The notes below the pieces were generated by a model that was given only the letters and a program-made list of their open reading frames with translations, made no database searches and had not been told where the DNA came from. From NCBI GenBank assembly GCA_905178155.1, contig CAJINV010000003.1, positions 10,345,489 to 10,409,488 on the forward strand: DNA of 64,000 nucleotides. Reading direction: 5' to 3'. This DNA comes from Amoebophrya sp. A120. Lineage: Eukaryota > Protista > Dinoflagellata. A program made the translations under genes and the position numbers. Positions 57,281-64,000 of the stretch are shown piece after piece. Each line of letters begins with the position of its first letter. Position 1 is the stretch's first letter.

Positions 57281-58784
57281 GACAAGGCTCGACTTAGAAG
57301 GGTGTAGACTTCTACTGTCTTATTTTCATGATTTTCCCTGGGAAAGGAACACTCCCTGCAGAGTCAAGAGAAGAAGAAGTGCATCGCTCAGTAGTTTTTG
57401 TCTTTCTTCATTACATGGACCGAGATTGAGTGGAAAAAATTGAGGAGACGAGAAGCAAGATGAGAATTTTTATATGCTCTCCGGTGCTGGTAGGCGTACC
57501 TATAATTCTGGTGGTGCGTTGTACTTGTATGCGAACAGAAACGAGACACAATTGTATAGATCCATACCCACTTTTTATATTTATATTAATATCTTTGATT
57601 TGAATTCGCGATCACTTCGCAGAACACTTCTTTTTTCTCGAACGCGAGGACATCACAGCTCCTTGCTTTTTGGACTATTGAGTAAGTACATTATCGACTT
57701 CATGATGCCTGCGCTGTATTCTTGTTTTTTGGGTATTATGCGAGCGAATAATGGCAAAGACGATGAAGAAGTAGATCCGCGGTGGTCGGGGATGGCTTTT
57801 TCATTTGCTCCTACACTCTGACAGAGGACGACTAGGCTGTTATGCCTAGTTGGTTTTGAATCTAATGAAAATTTTTGATTTCATGCTCATGTTGTATATG
57901 GTCTTCTGATGTTTCTTGATCTTGGCGGAGATTGATATTTCATGTACACACCTAAAGAACAAATTATTTCTGCAGTCGAATTAAATATTCCATTTATAAC
58001 GTAGCATCGTAATTGTTGCAAGAATAATTAATAAATTGTCGCGACTGTCGTTGGTGGGGAATAAAGCAAGCTTGGAGTATCGTGATAGTGTGTCTCGTCT
58101 GTCGTCATTTTTTTGCTAGCAGAAATAGAAAAGCGGCAACTCCACTTCCGAATCCCATTCAATAGTGCATTTCTTTGAGAAGTTATACGAGAAGCGACCC
58201 GATTTGTGTATCAGGTTGCAGAGACAGACACTTCTTGATGCGAACTCAGTCAGTCGAGCGCGCCGCATTGTCTGTGTCGCTCTTGTTTACTCCTTACGAA
58301 GTAACCACTATCCAGATTCGCATTTAGATTTATTTTTGTCCGCCAGTTTTGCACTTAATACTAATAGTATTTACCAAACACTTTTTCACTTTCTCTTTCT
58401 GTCGGTGGCGGCTCACACTTTTACAAGACGCGACTGCGAAAACATCGGCGTCCCGAGGCAGTAGAGGAGATTTGTGGCCAGATCGCGGCGCACGAGTAAA
58501 AGCACTTCTGCGTGGGCAGTTATTGCTCGTCCAGTTGCTCCAATCGCCGTGCGCCCGGACGAGACAAAGGGGCTAGCTGTGGGAGCGGGCAAGTTTTTAC
58601 AGCTGTTGCTGGGTAAGTTGAGGGAAGGTTTTCTCGACATGTGGAAACATACAAGAACAGCTTCGGCTTCTCATCTTTCGGATTGAAGCTAGTCGCTCGG
58701 AATTCGGCCAGGGCACGACGCGCGGTTAGGACGCATTGGTTCTTCGATACACACGAGTAGCACACGACGACGCAGCGGCCCATC

Positions 58785-61700
58785 ATGAACGACGCGCAAA
58801 TGAACCGTCCCTCCGAAGGTGAAGTAGGTGAGATTGTAGACGGCGCGGAAGGACAGCCATCGCTCTTCCGCCCACCACCGGGGTTCGGTGAGGCAGAATG
58901 GGTGGCAGAATGCATCATGGAAAGTATTTGGGGGGAGGTGAAAGTGCTAGCGCATGACCGCGGAATAAAAGCTAAGCGCTTCGGATTTGCCGCACAGGCC
59001 GCGTCAAAAATCATGCTCTCCGACCTGAGCATTTGCTTCTCCTACATAGAACCCACGGTACGATTTCATACCAGTAAGAGTGCTTTAGCTTTACCTTTAG
59101 CTGGCGTGGCAGCGCTAATATCGTGTGATGTGCTCCTACAGCTACCAGCCACTGCGGACTAAGGACTGATAGTCTGTATGTTTCGCGTTCTTGTGACGCC
59201 ACTCGCAGATAATCATAGTCATCTAAATCAAGATAATCATAATCATCTAAATCAAGATAATCATAATAAATCTATCATTTCTCAGCCGCCCGTTAGCGGG
59301 GAAGGTTGGGATTGCGAGCCACAAGTACCTTTGCCCGTGATAGATAACTGGGCTCCGCAGGCAATTCGGGTGCTACCAAAGAAATCCGGCATCGCTGTCT
59401 CAACAGCAACGGGCGTTAGCGGCAAGGTAATGCTATCGACTATAGCTATACTTAAGTACACTAATTTCTTGGGACCGTAATTCCAATTCTAATTGATTCT
59501 GTGCTACTCCCTATGTATGAGTATGACCACAATGTTCATGTAGGAGTAAGAAGAGCGCTCGCGCGTTCCCTCTCGATCTGTGTGTATGCGAAGCAGTGAT
59601 ATCGTTGTAATCGCTTTGCATACACAAGGAGAGTTGCTACTAGGCCCTGGTTGGTGAGACGCTTCTGACAAAACGAAAACAGAGACGAAATAGAGGAAAA
59701 AATAGAAGAATATTGCAGTTGCTGTCGTCATCATCAAATGCATAAAAATAAGAGGAAAAAGACCTAACACAACAGCTGGCACAACACAAAGCAGCTGCGC
59801 AGCGACGCGTCGCTGCGAAAGCTGGTGGACCTGGAGGCGACGCGACCGAGGAAAAGCCTCGTCATGTACGGCTGGAGGAAAATGTAAGCTGAGCTACAAC
59901 ATATCCACGAAAGATAGCAATATGATGAAACTGCAGGAACTCCTTCATTTAAATTTCGCGCTTCAAATATCTTAGGGGTGCTGTTCTCGAGTGGTGGAAT
60001 TTCCAGAATTTGTTGTTCGTGCCCGGCTCTCAATGCAATCCGGTGCAGATGACAACTTGTCTTCAGAAAATTGTGGCAGTTCTAGAGCAGTTTCTATTTT
60101 CGTTTTTGTTTTTCCGTATTTTTTGGGTCCAGAAAAAAAAAATAAAATATCACGCAAGGAGAAAAGTCAAAGCTGTTAAGGAGAAAAGTCCTGCCAAGGA
60201 GAAAAGTCCAGCCAAAAGAAAAAAGTCCGAGCGTGCAACAGCTCGCGCGGTGTGGGGACTGGTCCCGCTCTTTTTCGTGAGAAGTGGCATCGGAGAAAGT
60301 CACCGTGACAAATTTCGCCCCTAGCGTTCAAACTTTCTGTAGCGTGTCCCAACCTCCGCACTTGTTAGTCGGGATGATTATGTTGGGGGCGCACGAAGTA
60401 GGGCAGTTTTTGCGCCCCCGCACCAGTGCAAGGGTTTCCAACCAGGTATGAAAGTAATGGCGCACGGGTGCGCGTTTCGTCGATTTCTTGCGACGATACT
60501 TTTCAGGCCGCAGGATGTTTGGATCTATTTTCACCAAGAATCTGCGCGATTCATCGGCCCCCTTCTCAATTCCGAGAAGGGGGCGGATGGCGGATTCTGG
60601 CTGACGTTGCTCCCGGTCCCGCATCCCGAAGTCAAGGGGCTGGCTATCGGAAGCTTTGCTCGGAATGAAGATAGGCCTGGTGGTGGGTTTTGCGTTGTGT
60701 TTGGTTTTGCGCTTTTGCACCGACGCGGGCGGCGATGCCTCGTTGAAGTAAGAAAGGCGCAAACCCAGACCCGGCGCCCGCAAAAAGCGGAAGCCAGGGA
60801 GGGCCGCGAAAAAAATCTCCGCGCGCGCTGCGCGCGCGGAGAGAAGTTCTTGCAGCCGAGCCGCAGGCCGTGCGGGCTTCGAAATGAGCGAAGGGGGTTC
60901 GGCAAACTCAACTCCCCGAATTTGCCACGCGCGCAGCGCCTTCCTTGTGGGGTAACTTCTTCTCCGTGCGGCGCACGCGCGGCCCGGCCCCTCCCATTCA
61001 TATGGAACGCCTAAAATTTTTCTCGCGCGCTGCGCGCGCTGGCTGCCCGTCCCCTCTTTGTTTCTCTTGGCCCGTTTTTTGCTCACGCGGGGGCCTCCTT
61101 GCTGCAGGGGACGACAAAAAAGTTGTCGCGCGCAACGCACACAGCCTTGGGCTTCCTTCTTTGGGGGGCAAGCCCGTGCAGAATCCGCTTTGCGCAAGCG
61201 GCCTTTGATGTCCGTGCTTGTGTGGTTGGAGGGCGCCTGGTATTTTTTCCGCGTACCAGGCACGCAGCCTAGCCTCGTCGCCTTGGGGGGGGGAGGGTCT
61301 GAAAGATCTCTTTCGCACACCGTGCACGCGGAAGCGCACCGAGCTGGCGCAATTTCCCCGGTGCGTCTATTTTCTCTGCGTGTGGGGGGAGCCTGCTCTG
61401 ATTTGCTGCTAGCCCGGCGGAGATGGGGCAGCATGGCGTGCGCGCGGTGGTGCTGACTCTGCTTGCGCGGCACGGCAAAGGCGACGCGCGCGCGGCCCGG
61501 AATTTTCTCCGGACCCGCGGCCCTGTTCCCAAAACCGCAAAAAAAAACTTCTTCGCGCGCTGCCGCGCGCGCGTGCGAATTCCATTGGCCCGCTTGCCTG
61601 CGCCGCCGGCGAAGGCCACAAGCCGTACGCCCCCCCTGCTGTCCTAGGCCGTGTGGGCGTTGCTGAGCGATTTCGTTGTGGGGCCTTTGCCGGGCTGCAG

Positions 61701-63300
61701 CGCGTGGCACATGGGGTACCGGCTACCCGAGGGAGGCGCCGTGTGTTGCCCTAGGGTGGTACTGGGGGCGTGCCGCGAGTCCTTGGCGCGGCGCTTTTTT
61801 TTCGCTTTCTTACTGTCTTTTTTCCCGCAGTGCTGTGTTTAGCATAGTGTATTCTGGCTAAGGATACCCTGGGAACAGCTCACGCGGTGCCAACATAAGT
61901 CCCAGGCTGGCTGTGGAGGTGTTTTTGGTCTCGCGCAGAGAATGGCTTGGTGCAGGACGCTGGGCGTTTTTCCCGTCGCGCAGTGTTTAGCATAGGGTAT
62001 TCTGGCTACCCTGGGCGCGGCTTGCCCAGGATAGGTGCGGGTCTGTAGGTCGATTTTTGCCTCTGAATGTAGCGGGAGGTCGCTGAGTGTAGCGTAGGGA
62101 GAGGCCCCGTAGCAGGGGCCTGTGCCCGGAGACCGTTTTTTTTGTGCCCTGAACGCATTCGCCCCTCGTTTTCTCTTTAAGAAGTCCGTTTTCCCATCAT
62201 CTTCTTCACGATGTCGGGGCTTCTCGAGATTTCCTTCAGAAGGGGACATTTGGGAAATCCTTTCTCCTGGGCTTTTCGCATGATTTCCTTTGGGAAATCC
62301 CTTCTCCTGGGCTTTCCGCATGATTTCCTTTGGGAAATCCCTTCTCCTGGGCTTTCCGCGTGATTTCCTTTGGGAAATCCCTTCTCCTGGGTTTTCCGCG
62401 TGATTTCCTTTGGGAAATGCCTTCTCCTGGGCTTTCCGCATAATTTCTTTTAGGAAATCGCTCGCCCCTGGGCTTTCCGCGTTATAGGAAATCTCTTCCT
62501 TAGGAGCCGGCCGCTGATCTCCGCGTCAACACGTACTGGAAGCAAGCTCCTTCTGATCTCCACTGCGAAACAGAGCGGAGACGAGCTCGGTGGCTAGGGT
62601 CTGGGTGGGATAGGGCCTGTCATAAGTATCGCGGTTTCTCCTTTGATATGGATCAGAGGGTCCGCGATGTCGGACTTTTCTCCTTTGATATGGATCAGAC
62701 GACTTTTCTCCTTTGATATGGATCAAAGGAGAAAAGTCCGGACTTTTCTCCTTGCAAAGGAGAAAAGTCCGCTGGATTGATACCAGAGCGAGCAGCTCCT
62801 GGCCCAAGTCCTTCTGTTTTTGCTTCAAATCTTTCCGTTTTAGCATCAAATCCTTCTGCTTTGGCATCAAATCCTTCTGCTTTAGCATCAAATCCTTCTG
62901 CTTTAGCATCAATTCCTTCTGTTTTAGCATCAATTCCTTCTGTTTTAGCGTCAATTCCTTCTGTTTTAGCATCAATTCCTTCTGTTTTTGCTTTTTTCTA
63001 AATATCACACATGTTGTGATATCAGCAGCGCAATCGACTTTTCTCCTTTGGTCCTGTGATATCACGTGATATCACGTGATATCAAAGGAGAAAAGTCTTT
63101 TTTCAAAGTTTAAAGACCCTGAGATATTTGGGTCCTCCGCGTTAGCTACTGTTCGCCATACAACCTGCACGTCGCCTTATGTTAGCCTACTTACTTTTAC
63201 TTACCAGCGTTGTCGCTTGGCAAATCAGGTCGAAGCTGATCCAGAAGAGGCACACTACCGTAACGCTAAGGAAGTGCTGGAAGAGCAACGGCGCTTGGAC
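58785..63300 (+). CDS. C2orf81/DUF4639-like protein, 5' part; exons 58785-59057, 59286-59426, 59776-59883, 63229 to about 63300; GT-AG introns
   Basis: Three phase-0 GT-AG introns join EAEWVAECIMESIW..FAAQAASKIMLSDLSICF..GEGWDCEPQVPLPVIDNWAPQAIRV, resembling from memory the DUF4639 pattern (..WxxDEEPxxxxxDAWAxGxVPV); the family call is unverified. Confidence 0.6.
62245..62480. repeat. 40-bp minisatellite, about 6 copies
   Basis: TGATTTCCTTTGGGAAATCCCTTCTCCTGGGCTTTCCGC(A/G) starting at 62281, 62321, 62361, 62401 and 62441. Confidence 0.95.
62808..62995. repeat. 21-bp minisatellite, about 9 copies
   Basis: TTTAGCATCAA(A/T)TCCTTCTG(C/T) tandem units. Confidence 0.95.
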
Positions 63301-63559
63301 GGAAGCAGATGGAAATGCTTCAGCGCTCACGGGGTGGCTTCTTCGAATCCACTTGCGCAGCACCAGCCCTGTGTGTCCGCAGGAAACCCCCGCGGCTGAA
63401 AAACAGCAATAGGCGGAGCCCAGGTGCCGCCCAGTGCCAATCTTTGCCACCTGCCTCCGGGGGCCGGCAAAGGGTTACCGCTTTCAGGGACTTCGAAAAA
63501 CAGAACACGAAGGGGGCCCATGTTCATCCCTCGCACAAAATAAAACGAGCCTGCTTCTT

Positions 63560-63880
63560 GGCAGCTGTTTTTCGTTCACTTACGAATCGTCAGGATTCTT
63601 TTTGGCGGCTATTTTTTCACATGTGAAAAAACGGGAGCTGTTCCTGGCGGCCATTCTTTCACACGTGAAAGAATGAAACTCGTTCCTGGCGCCCATTCTT
63701 TTTCATGTGAAAGAATGCAGCTTGTTCCTGGCACCCATTCTTTCGCATGTGAAAAAATGAAGTTTGTACCGGGCCCCCATTCTTTCACATGTGAAAAAAT
63801 GAAACTTGTTCCTGGAGGCGCCCATTCTTTCACTGTGAACGAACGCGCTCTCTTTCTGGCGGCTATTTTTTCACTCATGT
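63560..63880. repeat. ~42-bp degenerate minisatellite, about 7 copies
   Basis: TTTCACATGTGAAAAAATGAAACTTGTTCCTGGCGCCCATTC-like units. Confidence 0.9.
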
Positions 63881-64000
63881 GTGGAATAAAAGTCGGAGTA
63901 ATTATGCGCTTGCTTTCTGGAAACCAGAGCCATGCGCAGTGAGCAGTTAAAGCTTCTTCCCGGCGCCCGTCAATAACGGGCGCCGGGAACAGGTTCGTTT

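Larger units (their letters stand above)
60147..63100. mobile_element. About 2.9-kb TIR-type element with multi-copy subterminal motif AAGGAGAAAAGTC, inside an intron
   Basis: Three direct copies at 60157-60208 and mostly inverted copies (GACTTTTCTCCTT) at about 62674-62753 and 63036-63048; ATATCAC/GTGATAT at the ends; no clear TSD. Confidence 0.65.

Noticed and set aside
62526-63065. Minus-strand coiled-coil ORF with (QKELMLK)n heptads
   Set aside because: It is the translation of a 21-bp minisatellite within an intronic repeat element; no independent coding evidence
62245-63880. CRISPR-like arrays
   Set aside because: Units are head-to-tail without unique spacers, there are no cas genes, and the context is eukaryotic
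1-64000. Dinoflagellate spliced-leader (CCGTAGCCATTTTGGCTCAAG) relics
   Set aside because: Only short partial matches such as GCCATTTT were seen by eye, which is expected by chance

Overview
Eukaryotic, intron-rich genomic DNA, most likely an Amoebophrya-like syndinian dinoflagellate or a related alveolate. This assignment is inferred from gene architecture, not from a database search. All recognisable genes lie on the + strand: a TFIP11/Ntr1-type G-patch spliceosome-disassembly factor (4424-12197), an exostosin/GT47 glycosyltransferase (16429 to at least 21408), an uncharacterised low-complexity protein (27773 onward), clathrin light chain (about 35138-37249), a WW-domain protein (38495-41672), a kinesin (42623 to at least 50533) and a C2orf81/DUF4639-like protein (58785 to at least 63300). 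The dominant unexplained structure is a set of about 19 insertions (0.1-3.2 kb) with shared geometry: TAT...ATA ends, terminal inverted repeats (TIRs) and a 5-bp target-site duplication (TSD) that ranges from perfect to decayed. Fifteen of them interrupt coding sequence. In each of these, removing the element plus one TSD copy restores or keeps the reading frame, almost always without GT-AG ends, so they behave as transposon-derived non-canonical introns (introners). They fall into at least four TIR families, nest inside each other, and coexist with ordinary GT-AG introns. The rest of the window is GC-rich nested repeat DNA, minisatellites, palindromes and two N gaps. No convincing transposase, tRNA, rRNA or CRISPR array was found. 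Exon coordinates were derived by hand and can slide a few nt within each TSD.
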